This document shows, piece by piece, positions 10,512 through 19,445 of a stretch of DNA of 64,000 bases. How positions within the stretch are numbered: position 1 is the first letter of the stretch; each line of letters begins with the position of its first letter. Under the pieces are notes generated by a model. It was not told the origin of the DNA, searched no databases, and was given only the letters and a program-made list of their open reading frames with translations. The stretch comes from Nitrososphaerota archaeon (GTDB lineage: Archaea > Thermoproteota > Nitrososphaeria > Nitrososphaerales > Gagatemarchaeaceae). Position numbers and translations under genes: made by a program. The stretch is from positions 22,832 to 86,831 of the forward strand of contig DAHVLJ010000005.1 in assembly GCA_027320425.1 (NCBI GenBank), read 5' to 3'.

Positions 10512-10579
10512 GCGAGAGAACCCGAAACTCGAATCCCGAGCGAGCCCGACCCACGTCTCCTGGTCGCAGTTGCGACCGT

Positions 10580-11179
10580 TCAGACCTTTCTTCTGACCAC
10601 AAGGTTGCCTGGTCCGAGCGGGGCTACCACTTCGAACCCCTCCTCCTTGAACATCCTGGCGGTTCCACGGTGGAGTGCCAAGCCCTCTTTGCGGGTTGAC
10701 GGATAAGCTTCGACCACCCCTCCTCCCTCTTTGCGTATCGCATCCATGGCAGCGCGAAGGCCGAGCTTGGCTATCCCTTGCTTGCGCTGCCTCTTGTCTA
10801 CACAGAAGCAGGTGATCCTCCAAAGTCTCGCCCCTTTACTGGCAGAGGGTATTCTGCGATACTTCGCCGCATTGTCGATCCGCGGAAACTCCTCCCCCAG
10901 ACCAAACTGACACCAGCCTACCGGGTCACCGTCGAGAAACACGAGCACGCCGTGCGAACGCCCACCCTTCACAAGGGCCTTCTGTTCCCGAAAGTTCTTT
11001 TCGTTGCGCTCTTTCGACGTCAGGGCCTCATCTTCTTTTGGCCTGGGCCCCGGGCGGTGGAACCACATGCATTGGCAGCTACTCCATTCGCCAGGCTTGC
11101 GGAAGAAGCGCTCGAAGTCTTTCCAGGTCTCTTGAGACAGCTCTCTGGCCGAGTATTCCGGCGGTGCCAACAGTCCCAA
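10580..11179 (-). CDS. GNAT family N-acetyltransferase
   Basis: 199 aa with VDKRQRKQGIAKLGLRAAMDAI (acetyl-CoA loop) and a GNAT-like beta-strand pattern. Confidence 0.7.
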   Translation of the reverse strand: MGLLAPPEYSARELSQETWKDFERFFRKPGEWSSCQCMWFHRPGPRPKEDEALTSKERNEKNFREQKALVKGGRSHGVLVFLDGDPVGWCQFGLGEEFPRIDNAAKYRRIPSASKGARLWRITCFCVDKRQRKQGIAKLGLRAAMDAIRKEGGGVVEAYPSTRKEGLALHRGTARMFKEEGFEVVAPLGPGNLVVRRKV

Positions 11180-11240
11180 ACGTCTCGCTTTGCCGTTTAA
11201 GCCTTGGCGAGATACTCTGGTGACCTGATTCTATCTCGGC

Positions 11241-12071
11241 TCAGCCGCTCTTTGCCGCCGCGGGCTTGATGTAACTGTAGTATGTGTCGTAGTATCTTCC
11301 GTACCCGATTACCCCGTTGTGGTCCACATCGAAAACAGCCGGCTCGATATAGAGCTGCCCGCTCGCATCGGACGAAAGCGAAAGCATCGGGATTGCGTTC
11401 GTAGGTGCGGGCTGGAGCGACGCCGGGCCTGCTATGGAGAGGCCATCCGGGATCCGATAGATGCTGCCGTGACAGGGGCACTGAAACGTTTCATCGACCT
11501 TTGACGTCGAGTGCTCCGGGTCGTAGTTGGGGCTGCACCACAGATGGACGCAGACTTCGCTGAACGCCACGAAGGCCGTCGCATCGGTGTTGGTCCCTCC
11601 CACGTCTGCCGGCAGCCGAATTACCCGCCATTTGACAAACGTGTCCGGGTTCTGAGAGTCAAGGGTGAGGTTCCCCGACGAGGGATAAGTGACCAGCCAA
11701 GCCGTGTTCGGAGGAAACGTCTCGAGATCAGTGGTGTTGATCGGCTTCCCCGACGCCTGCCCGTTGGTCGCGTTGATGTCGGCGACCACCTTCTGGAGCG
11801 TCGGCTCCACCTTCGCCGATACCGATGATGAGAGATACTGACCCCAGGGGACGAAGGGAGCAATCGAAAGGGCGGCGCCGACCACAAACAGAGCTTTTAC
11901 GAATCTCCTCCTCCCTTTGGCCGCAGAGGATGCCTGAGGTAGGAGTGGGGCAGGCTTAGGCGGGGTCGGAGCTAGAACCTTGGTCGGAGGTGGGGGGCTG
12001 GGGCGGGCGATCGGCTCGCTCTCGCGTCTAGCCGGCTTTTCTCGAGTCTCATCCGACATCCTATCGTCCAT
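11241..12071 (-). CDS. Rieske [2Fe-2S] protein, TAT-exported, complex-III type
   Basis: Cluster motifs CVHLWC and CPCHGS. Twin-arginine signal KGRRRFVKALFVVGAAL is preceded by a roughly 50-aa Pro-rich segment. Confidence 0.85.
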   Translation of the reverse strand: MDDRMSDETREKPARRESEPIARPSPPPPTKVLAPTPPKPAPLLPQASSAAKGRRRFVKALFVVGAALSIAPFVPWGQYLSSSVSAKVEPTLQKVVADINATNGQASGKPINTTDLETFPPNTAWLVTYPSSGNLTLDSQNPDTFVKWRVIRLPADVGGTNTDATAFVAFSEVCVHLWCSPNYDPEHSTSKVDETFQCPCHGSIYRIPDGLSIAGPASLQPAPTNAIPMLSLSSDASGQLYIEPAVFDVDHNGVIGYGRYYDTYYSYIKPAAAKSG

Positions 12072-12191
12072 CCTTTCCTGGGAACTTCTGTGAATCGCGC
12101 TTTTCCGTTCGGTACACCTTGAGAACTCCTCCTATCTCGGGTGTCGCGACCGTCCAAACTGTATAAACAGAGAGTAGCTACTGCTCGTTAC

Positions 12192-13100
12192 CTACAGCTT
12201 CTTTGTCTTCCTTCCCGCAGTTCCCCTTTGGGGGACGGGCTTGGACTGCGCCCACAGATACTCGAAGAACATCCGGAACGCCTCCGAAAACCTCGCGTCC
12301 TCAAAGACGACATACGCGTCCTCATCCGAATCCAGGGATTCAGACGCTTCGTCGAACCTTGCGCCGAGCACGGTCACGGATCTGTCGATGAGTGTGAAAC
12401 GCAGCCTGACGCCCTCCAAGTGCCTGAGCTGGACGATCCCTGCAAGCCGCCGGGCATAGCTTCTGTTCCTTGGGTTGACTTCGCATATCATCCTGATGGA
12501 TACGCCCCTGGACTTCGCCCTCGCGTATTCCTCATCGGTCCCCGCGAGCATCGTGCGGACGACCCCGCCAGGCGAGACTATCCTCAAAATCTCGTTCTCG
12601 GCGCGCCCTGCCAGTCTGGCTATCTCGTCATAGTACTTCTTTCGGCCCCGGACCAGCCTGTATGACCCTTCCCCGGTAGCCTCACGCCTCAGCAGCCGGG
12701 TGTTCGCCGAGTTCCCGAGCTTCTCCAACTTGGAAAGCACGCCGCGTGACTGGAGCTTGAAAGCTGCGAGCTTTACCTCCTCCTTGCGGACTAGCGTTGA
12801 AAGCGCGGTGTTGGGGTCGACGGCCGCGTATCTCTTTGGCCGGTCCAGGTAGGTCTCAAGCAGGCCAGCCCTTCCCAGATCGTGGAGTTTTCTGTAGATC
12901 TCGACCCTGTGGAGTCCCATGCCCTTTGAGATGGCGCTGACGGGGGACGCTCCGTTTGCCAAGAGGTAGATGTACACCCGAGCCTCGTTCAACGTCAGGC
13001 CGCAGGACTGCAGCTCGACGGCGAGGCCATCGAGGAACTCGTCTTCCGACCACCCTTCTCTGGCGGAACGGGCGGATGACACATCTGCGGCGTTAGACAT
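12192..13100 (-). CDS. TrmB-family transcriptional regulator
   Basis: N-terminal wHTH: LTLNEARVYIYLLANGASPVSAISKGMGLHRVEIYRKLHDLGRAGLL. ATG 13100 is preceded by the SD-like GTGATCA. The ORF opens at GTG 13205. Confidence 0.8.
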   Translation of the reverse strand: MSNAADVSSARSAREGWSEDEFLDGLAVELQSCGLTLNEARVYIYLLANGASPVSAISKGMGLHRVEIYRKLHDLGRAGLLETYLDRPKRYAAVDPNTALSTLVRKEEVKLAAFKLQSRGVLSKLEKLGNSANTRLLRREATGEGSYRLVRGRKKYYDEIARLAGRAENEILRIVSPGGVVRTMLAGTDEEYARAKSRGVSIRMICEVNPRNRSYARRLAGIVQLRHLEGVRLRFTLIDRSVTVLGARFDEASESLDSDEDAYVVFEDARFSEAFRMFFEYLWAQSKPVPQRGTAGRKTKKL

Positions 13101-13378
13101 CACTTGATCACTTTCCCGCTGGCCGTCAGTGACCGTGCTTGGCACGGGCTTTCGAAGAAGCGACAGACGTCCCACTTGGTCGGGCGGCCCCGGGCCCAGA
13201 CGCACTTTCTAGCATCGTACCTTGGAAGCAACATCGCATTGTAGGTAACAACGCGTGATTATTCCTGGCTTATACATCCTACTCTGGCCATCAGACCGTT
13301 GAGTGCGACACGCGGGGAGAGACTTCAGCGCGCAGCTGGTAGCTCGATCCCAAGCAGCCGCTTGGAGGCGAGCTGAGA

Positions 13379-13636
13379 TTGGACCGCTCGGTCTTCGGGT
13401 ACGTGCTCGGGATGGCCGTGGTCGGAGTCGCCGTGCTGGTTCTCGCCGCTTCGATTCTGCTGGTCATCCCGCTGTTCTTCTACGCCTCGTTTCCGTTGGG
13501 AACGTTTGGTCTCATCATCGCAGCGCTGGGCCTGAGAGACGGGGATCACCCGCGAGGACAGGGGCGGCTGCACGAGTTCTCGGGCGGAATCGGACTAAGG
13601 GCCCATCAGAAGCAGAATCGACGACAGGACGCATAA
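13379..13636 (+). CDS. hypothetical small membrane protein
   Basis: 85-aa ORF with two hydrophobic helices (VLGMAVVGVAVLVLAASILLVIPLFFY, LGTFGLIIAALGL). It is the only ORF in this 600-bp gap without junk-like Arg/Pro composition. Confidence 0.35.
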   Translation: MDRSVFGYVLGMAVVGVAVLVLAASILLVIPLFFYASFPLGTFGLIIAALGLRDGDHPRGQGRLHEFSGGIGLRAHQKQNRRQDA

Positions 13637-13811
13637 CTCACGTCGTCAGACTCGGTCAGGTAGAGGGACGCCTTCCAGAAGGCCTCTCATCTAGCCGACC
13701 ACGCTCGATCTCATACCCAATTTTGAACTCTGGTTCTCTGGATCTGCACGGAATTTGCACATAAATCTGAAACAGGCTTATTGACAGACGACCGCTAGCC
13801 GGACTCGAGAA

Positions 13812-14783
13812 ATGAAAACGAACACTTCGAAGAACCAAGCAATCTCAACATCGGTTGTCGCCGCAGTTGTGATAGTCGTAGTCTTGGTCGTCGGCGTTGG
13901 CTCGTACTACTACCTGAGCAGCTCTGCTCCGTCGAGTACCACCAGCACCACGAACACTACGAGCACCACTGCCTCATCAACATCGCAGCAGTATTCAGTT
14001 CAGATCGGGACCAGCACCACAATCGGGCATTACCTGGAGAACGGGACAGGGTTCACCCTGTACATGTTCGGGGCCGACAAACCCGGAAACGGAATCAGCA
14101 CATGCACCGGTTCCTGTGCGGCCGCCTGGCCACCATTCTACGCAAGCAGCCTGACTCTACCATCAGGCCTCAGCGCGTCCAACTTCTCGACCATCACTCG
14201 ACCAGACGGGACCAAACAGACCGCGTTCAACGGATGGCCCCTCTACTACTACACCGCTGACACGAGCGCAGGAAGCATGTACGGCGAGGGGCTGAACCAG
14301 TTCGGAGGTCTATGGTACGCCATTCCGCCTACCCTGCAGCTGTCAGGAGGTCAGATAGTAGGAGGATCGTCCTACAGCATAGGCGTGGCTTACAAACCAT
14401 CCGTAGGCATCTATCTGACGAACAGCACAGGATACACACTGTACTTCCGATCGACCGACACACCTAACAGCGGTACCACGACCTGCACCACTCCGGTCTG
14501 CGAGAAGAACTGGCCGGTGTTCTATACACCGACGATCACCGTGGCGCCAGGCCTCAGCAGCACCAGCTTCGGGACCATAACTCCATACAACAGCACCAAG
14601 ATAGTCACCTACGACGGCTACGCCCTGTTCTACTGGGCAGGTGACACCCTTCCGGGAGACACATCAGGGCAGGGAGTCGGGGGCTTCTACGTGGCCACGG
14701 TCCCATCGCCTGTAGTCCCAACTGCAACGACCACCACAACGACTTCGTCCCAGACATCGACATCCTCGGGTTACTACCCGTAG
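13812..14783 (+). CDS. secreted/anchored protein with COG4315 (Lipoprotein_15, PF03640-like) repeats
   Basis: N-terminal TM anchor and Ser/Thr linker, then four repeats of the G(F/W/Y)xLYxFxxD...C...C...WP(P/V)FY type. Confidence 0.75.
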   Translation: MKTNTSKNQAISTSVVAAVVIVVVLVVGVGSYYYLSSSAPSSTTSTTNTTSTTASSTSQQYSVQIGTSTTIGHYLENGTGFTLYMFGADKPGNGISTCTGSCAAAWPPFYASSLTLPSGLSASNFSTITRPDGTKQTAFNGWPLYYYTADTSAGSMYGEGLNQFGGLWYAIPPTLQLSGGQIVGGSSYSIGVAYKPSVGIYLTNSTGYTLYFRSTDTPNSGTTTCTTPVCEKNWPVFYTPTITVAPGLSSTSFGTITPYNSTKIVTYDGYALFYWAGDTLPGDTSGQGVGGFYVATVPSPVVPTATTTTTTSSQTSTSSGYYP

Positions 14784-14855
14784 GATAAGCGGTCAACATG
14801 GCGCCGATGACTCCCTTTCGGTGTCGTCCGCCTTGACCCTTAGCCACATCCAGAC

Positions 14856-14876
14856 GCGCAGAGCCAAGCTCTGCGC
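14856..14876. promoter_or_regulatory. perfect 9-bp inverted repeat (GCGCAGAGC-caa-GCTCTGCGC) just upstream of a TTTATA box
   Basis: Arms at 14856-14864 and 14868-14876, with TTTATA at 14886-14891. It lies between the COG4315 gene stop and the wHTH regulator start. Confidence 0.4.
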
Positions 14877-14924
14877 GCAACCCCCTTTATACCGGACAAC
14901 ATTCCAACTCAGTCCAAGCAGAGG

Positions 14925-15245
14925 TTGTCCTTCGATTCCTTCAGGCACATGCTGTGGTGGGTCTTCGTCGTTTCCAAAGGTGGCAGGACAAGGAAATCTA
15001 TGGTCGACCTGTTAATGTCCTCGCCCATGAACGCGAACCAGCTTGCGAGCACGCTGTCACTCAACTACAGGACGGTGTCGCATCACCTGAAGGTTCTCGC
15101 AGAGAGCAACCTGGTAGAAGCAGAAGGTCCCCGATATGGACAGGTGTACTTTCCAACTTCGCTGTTGACAAGCAACATCGCCGTCTATCACGAAGTGGTT
15201 AACGCTAAGAATACTGAGGGCCAGGCGAGGAGGATGGTCGAATGA
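14925..15245 (+). CDS. ArsR-like winged-helix transcriptional regulator
   Basis: MLWWVFVVSKGGRTRKSMVDLLMSSPMNANQLASTLSLNYRTVSHHLKVLAESNLV. TTG 14925 or ATG 14949. The stop overlaps the next start (ATGA). Confidence 0.75.
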   Translation: MSFDSFRHMLWWVFVVSKGGRTRKSMVDLLMSSPMNANQLASTLSLNYRTVSHHLKVLAESNLVEAEGPRYGQVYFPTSLLTSNIAVYHEVVNAKNTEGQARRMVE

Positions 15246-15532
15246 TTCCGGGACCTGTATGGTTGGTCGACATAGTCCTAGCTACCGTCGGCTCAGTGTT
15301 CGCCCTTGCGCTATTTGTCTTCTATTCCAGGCTCGCAAGAGAGCGGACGTCCCGGTTTACTCTCGGACTCGCCGTCTTCTCCCTCATGTTCCTGATTCAG
15401 AACCTCGCCGCGGCGCTCTTTTACTTCAGATTCGCTTCGACCTACTCCGCCGACGTGGCCCTCCCCCTGATGGCGCTCCACACCATGGAACTGGTTGGCA
15501 TGGGCGCCATGCTGTGGCTGGCGAGCCAGTAG
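15242..15532 (+). CDS. small integral membrane protein, partner of the wHTH regulator
   Basis: 96 aa with 3 predicted TM helices. The 4-nt ATGA overlap with the upstream regulator indicates translational coupling. Confidence 0.6.
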   Translation: MIPGPVWLVDIVLATVGSVFALALFVFYSRLARERTSRFTLGLAVFSLMFLIQNLAAALFYFRFASTYSADVALPLMALHTMELVGMGAMLWLASQ

Positions 15533-15570
15533 CAAGCGCTGAAACATTCCGTCTGGCTCGGTCACAAAGG

Positions 15571-15660
15571 CGGGCCCGGTGGGATTTGAACCCACGACCT
15601 ACAGCTCACTCCACTCATGTGTAGAAGGCTGCCACGCTATCCGTACTGCGCTACGGGCCC
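15571..15660 (-). tRNA. tRNA-Arg (anticodon TCT) with 15-nt canonical intron
   Basis: Hand-folded cloverleaf: acceptor GGGCCCG/CGGGCCC, anticodon stem GCAGC/GCTGT, loop CTTCTA|A, T arm GTGGG-TTCAAAT-CCCAC. Intron at 15607-15621 (CACATGAGTGGAGTG), with BHB central helix CTTC/GGAG and 3-nt bulges. Confidence 0.88.
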
Positions 15661-15778
15661 AACCGGCATCGACCCGGGTTTCGTCATAAGCTTTTGCCGG
15701 GAAGCTGAGGGTTTCATGGCCCGTCTCTAGCGGTGGAAATCGGAAGGTTTTATCCAGTCAACCTCTCATCGTCGGCCG

Positions 15779-17152
15779 TTGGCCGCACCCCAACAGCGGC
15801 TCTTCGGGACTAACGGAGTGAGGTTCGTCCCTGGCGTCTCGCACGACCTCGACTTCGTGATCGGCCTCAGCGAAGCCGTCGGGACATACTTCGCTTCAGG
15901 TGAAGTCCTCGTGGGAAGGGATGGACGCCTGTCTGGCCAAGCTGTATCCAACGCTGTTGTTTCGGGCCTCCTCAGCTCTGGCCGCGACGTCGCAGAAGCA
16001 GGCCTCGTGCCGACGCCAGCTCTACAGTACGCGGTCAAGGCTCTTGGATTCAGGGGCGGGGTCATGGTCACCGCATCTCACAATCCTGCGAAGTACAACG
16101 GCGTGAAGGTGTCCGGCTCTGACGGGGTCGAGGTGCCTCGGTTAGACGAGCAGAAGATCGAGAAGATCTTCTACGACAAGTCTCAGACCAAAGCTGACTG
16201 GAAGACCGTCGGGGTCGCACGCCAGGAAGCTTCAGTGGTCAGGGCATATCAGAAGGGTGTCCTCTCGAAAGTGAATGCGAAAGCGGTCGCGGAACGCAAG
16301 TTCACCGTCGTCATGGACCTAGGCAACGGCGCCCAGTCGGTCGCAGCCCCTTACATCGTGGAGTCTCTCGGGTGCAAGCTCATCACTCTGAACTCGGTGG
16401 TTGACGGAACTTTCCCAGGCAGGGGACCTGAACCTACCCCCGACACGCTCAAAGATCTCTCGGCCGCCGTGAGGTCGGTCGGGGCAGACCTTGGGGTGGC
16501 ATATGACGGTGACGGAGACAGGTCGATCTTCTGCGACGAGTCGGGAGCGGTACTCTGGGGGGACCAGAGCGGGTGCCTGGTCGCGGACTTCGTGCTGGAA
16601 AAGAACCCTGGGAACACCTTGGTGACGTCGGTTGCGTCCACTCAAGCGATTGAGGCGATCGCAAAGAAACACAATGCACGAGTCCTGAGGACGAAGGTCG
16701 GGGCGGTCGAGATAGCGAGGACCATAATCGAAAGGAACGCTATTTTCGGGTTCGAGGAGAACGGCGGATGCATCTACCAGCCCCACATCTCAGTAAGGGA
16801 TGGTGCGATGACCACCGCGCTGATGCTAGAGTGCCTCGCGAACAGAGGCATGTCCTTCTCGAAGGCTCTGGCGTTCGTCGTCCCGAAGTATCATCAGGCG
16901 AAGGCCAAGGTAGAGGTGAACCCGAAGAAGACCGAAGCGGCACTAAAGGCGGCGGAGAAGCAAGCGAAGGGCGAGTTCGAGATCGAGAAGGTTGACGGCG
17001 TAAAGATATGGATGGACAAACATTCATGGGTGCTGATCAGGGCGAGCGGGACCGAACCAATCGTCCGAGTCTTCTCCGAGTCAGAGACTCAGGACGGCGC
17101 CGACCAGCTCGTAAGGAAGTTCGCGAAGATCGTAAAAACTGCTTCAGCGTAG
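15779..17152 (+). CDS. phosphohexomutase (phosphoglucosamine mutase / phosphomannomutase family)
   Basis: Active-site TASHNPAKYNGVK and Mg loop GVAYDGDGDR. TTG start, with a TTTTAT box about 30 nt upstream. Confidence 0.88.
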   Translation: MAAPQQRLFGTNGVRFVPGVSHDLDFVIGLSEAVGTYFASGEVLVGRDGRLSGQAVSNAVVSGLLSSGRDVAEAGLVPTPALQYAVKALGFRGGVMVTASHNPAKYNGVKVSGSDGVEVPRLDEQKIEKIFYDKSQTKADWKTVGVARQEASVVRAYQKGVLSKVNAKAVAERKFTVVMDLGNGAQSVAAPYIVESLGCKLITLNSVVDGTFPGRGPEPTPDTLKDLSAAVRSVGADLGVAYDGDGDRSIFCDESGAVLWGDQSGCLVADFVLEKNPGNTLVTSVASTQAIEAIAKKHNARVLRTKVGAVEIARTIIERNAIFGFEENGGCIYQPHISVRDGAMTTALMLECLANRGMSFSKALAFVVPKYHQAKAKVEVNPKKTEAALKAAEKQAKGEFEIEKVDGVKIWMDKHSWVLIRASGTEPIVRVFSESETQDGADQLVRKFAKIVKTASA

Positions 17153-18010
17153 ATGGGTCCATCCGAGGTCCAATATGGGCCTGGAGCCTGTGGCGCGGGT
17201 CTGCACCACTTCCTCCTCTTTCGTCGCAGATCCTATCTCCAGTAGCATCCCACCCGCCTTTCTCACGGCGGACGAAGCCGACCGAAGCTTGGATCTTCTG
17301 ACCGTCCCCACTATGAGGTATTCTTCTCCCCCCTCCAAGACAAGCTTCTCAGGGTCGAGTCGGTTCCGAAGCGCGAATTCCCTGACGCCCTCTCCCATAG
17401 GGAGGCGGCTCACCTCGAACCCGACTCCGCTAGCCTTCGCAAGGGTGTGGACGCTCCTTGCAAGGCCGTCGCTCGAGTCCATGGATGACGTGAGGTATGG
17501 GGCGAGGGCGAGTCCGGCTTCAAGGTCGGGCGTCGGTTCCAGGACGCTCCTGACCGCAGCCCGCCTGTACCTCGGGTTAGCCGAAGCTCCCCTGACGAGA
17601 ATCTCCACCCCCGAGGGTGGGAGGCCGAAGGTCCCGGTCACCACAAGGACATCCCCTGGAGAGGCGCCCCCTCTTGGTACGATTCTGTCGGCGAACCCCA
17701 GCATCGCGCAGTCTATCACGAGCTCCTTTGACTCGTTCGTGTCCCCTCCCACGAAGTTGAGTTCCCACTCCCGCGCCGCGGCGCTCAACCCTCTTGCCAA
17801 CCCGTTCACCTCTTTCTGCACAACGCCTCTTCTGACTCCGATCGAAACCATGAACGAGTGGGGCCTCACCCCCTTGGCAGAGAAATCGCTCACGCACATC
17901 GCCACCGCTTTCCTCGCCGCTTGGCCGTAGCTCATCCCAGGGGGGACGTCGGTATGCTCGACGAGCATATCGGTTTTGAAGACTGCTTTGCCTGTCTTGA
18001 CGGGAAACAC
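17144..18010 (-). CDS. thiL: thiamine-monophosphate kinase
   Basis: AIR-synthase-like fold with FGDDVAV...KTDMLVEHTDV...SDFSAKG...GGDTNES. The first canonical start is GTG 18010, but ThiL-like sequence continues upstream to 18109 with no ATG/GTG/TTG (see findings). Confidence 0.8.
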   Translation of the reverse strand: MFPVKTGKAVFKTDMLVEHTDVPPGMSYGQAARKAVAMCVSDFSAKGVRPHSFMVSIGVRRGVVQKEVNGLARGLSAAAREWELNFVGGDTNESKELVIDCAMLGFADRIVPRGGASPGDVLVVTGTFGLPPSGVEILVRGASANPRYRRAAVRSVLEPTPDLEAGLALAPYLTSSMDSSDGLARSVHTLAKASGVGFEVSRLPMGEGVREFALRNRLDPEKLVLEGGEEYLIVGTVRRSKLRSASSAVRKAGGMLLEIGSATKEEEVVQTRATGSRPILDLGWTHLR

Positions 18011-18101
18011 CGCTACGTCGTCTCCGAAAACGGAACGGTCTTTTGCGGTGCCTCCGAACTGCTTCGTGATCGACCGGATGATGCCCAGCTCGTCGGGCGT
18101 G

Positions 18102-19445
18102 CTACCTGCTCAACCCCTTCAGCTTCCTGGCGAACAGGCGTGCGATCGAACCCGCCTTCTCATCTGAGGTCGACTCTGCCGAGACCCTCACCACGTCCTC
18201 GGTCCCCGACGGCCTCATCAGGACCCAGGATTTCTTCGGCAGCATTATCTTCAGCCCGTCATTCGTATCGACGAGGTCGTATTCTCCCGAGAGCCTCCTT
18301 ATCGCCTTCAGCGCCCTCGCCTTCGGTATCTGCAGGGCCACCCTCGCCAGGCTGTAGGATGGAACCGAGTCGTAGAACTTCTTCCCCTCTGTCCGAAGCG
18401 CCCGAATTATCGCCACGGCTGCCAGCATCGAGTCCCTGCAATAGTTGAACCCCCCATCGATCACCCCTCCGCTGCTCCCCTCGCCACCAAGCCTTGCGCC
18501 GTGCGCTCTCATCGCGCCTACCACGTTCGCCTCGCCAACCTTGCTCCTGAACACCTCGCAGCCGAGGCTCCGCGCGACGTCTTCGACAGCCTGTGTCGTG
18601 TCGAGAGACACCACCACTCTCTTCTCTTTGGCACGAGAGATGAGCTCCGAGAGGGCCAGGGTGAGCATGTAGTCTCCAGTCCTCTTCCTTCCGTCAGCGT
18701 CGACGATGACCAGCCTGTCGCCGTCGCAATCGAACCCGAGCCCTATGTCGCAGCCGCTCTCCTTCACCGACGAGCGTAGCAGGCCCAGGTCGTCTGACAC
18801 CGGGTCCACCCTCCGTGGGAAGATGCCGTAGCTGTCGTTGACTGAAATCACCTCGCATCCTAAACGCGTCAACAAAGCGGAGGCGTGTGAAATCGCAGCC
18901 CCGCCGCCCAGGTCCACCGCCACCCTGACTCCCCTGCCGCTGCCTGCGCCGAACCGTTCGACCAGGTCGCCGACGTAAGTCGGACTCCCGGCGGGCTTCA
19001 CGGTTCCTTCCTTGAACTCGGCGTGCTCGTTCTTGGTCCCCGCAGTAAGGACGTCGAACGTCTCCTTGCCGATGCCTGCCCCGTCTACAATGAACTTCAG
19101 TCCGTTGAACTCAGGCTCATTATGGGAGGCGGTGACCATCACCGCAGGGAGGCTCCTCCTCCTGCTCTCTCTGAATACTGCCGGAGTCGAAATCACCCCG
19201 TACTCGTAGACCGTCGCGCCCTTGGAAAGCAACCCCGCAGCGGCCGCCCTGGACATCGAGGGTCCGGTGGTACGCGAGTCCCTGGCAAGAAGGACCTCTC
19301 GTGCCCCGGTGGCGCTTACGAAGTTCGCGGTGAACCTAGCGACGTCCTCCAGGGTGAGGTCTTCGTTGTATATCCCCCGTATCCCGCTGAGCGAAACGAT
19401 CAATTCCTTCGCGTCAGAATCCCCTTGCCCGGATAACGTAAGCAT
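18102..19445 (-). CDS. phosphohexomutase paralogue (PGM/PMM family)
   Basis: Active-site TASHNEPEFNGLKF and Mg loop GFDCDGDR. Confidence 0.88.
   Translation of the reverse strand: MLTLSGQGDSDAKELIVSLSGIRGIYNEDLTLEDVARFTANFVSATGAREVLLARDSRTTGPSMSRAAAAGLLSKGATVYEYGVISTPAVFRESRRRSLPAVMVTASHNEPEFNGLKFIVDGAGIGKETFDVLTAGTKNEHAEFKEGTVKPAGSPTYVGDLVERFGAGSGRGVRVAVDLGGGAAISHASALLTRLGCEVISVNDSYGIFPRRVDPVSDDLGLLRSSVKESGCDIGLGFDCDGDRLVIVDADGRKRTGDYMLTLALSELISRAKEKRVVVSLDTTQAVEDVARSLGCEVFRSKVGEANVVGAMRAHGARLGGEGSSGGVIDGGFNYCRDSMLAAVAIIRALRTEGKKFYDSVPSYSLARVALQIPKARALKAIRRLSGEYDLVDTNDGLKIMLPKKSWVLMRPSGTEDVVRVSAESTSDEKAGSIARLFARKLKGLSR

Noticed and set aside
9999-10823. 274-aa minus-strand ORF antisense to argF and overlapping the GNAT gene
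   Set aside because: OTCase motifs on the plus strand are unambiguous. The ORF also runs in a different frame through the 3' part of the GNAT gene.
13900-13990. Repetitive ACC/AGC/ACG-rich DNA (also at about 28190-28300 and 14720-14770)
   Set aside because: These are Thr/Ser linker-coding low-complexity stretches inside secreted proteins, not tandem DNA repeats or CRISPR-like arrays.
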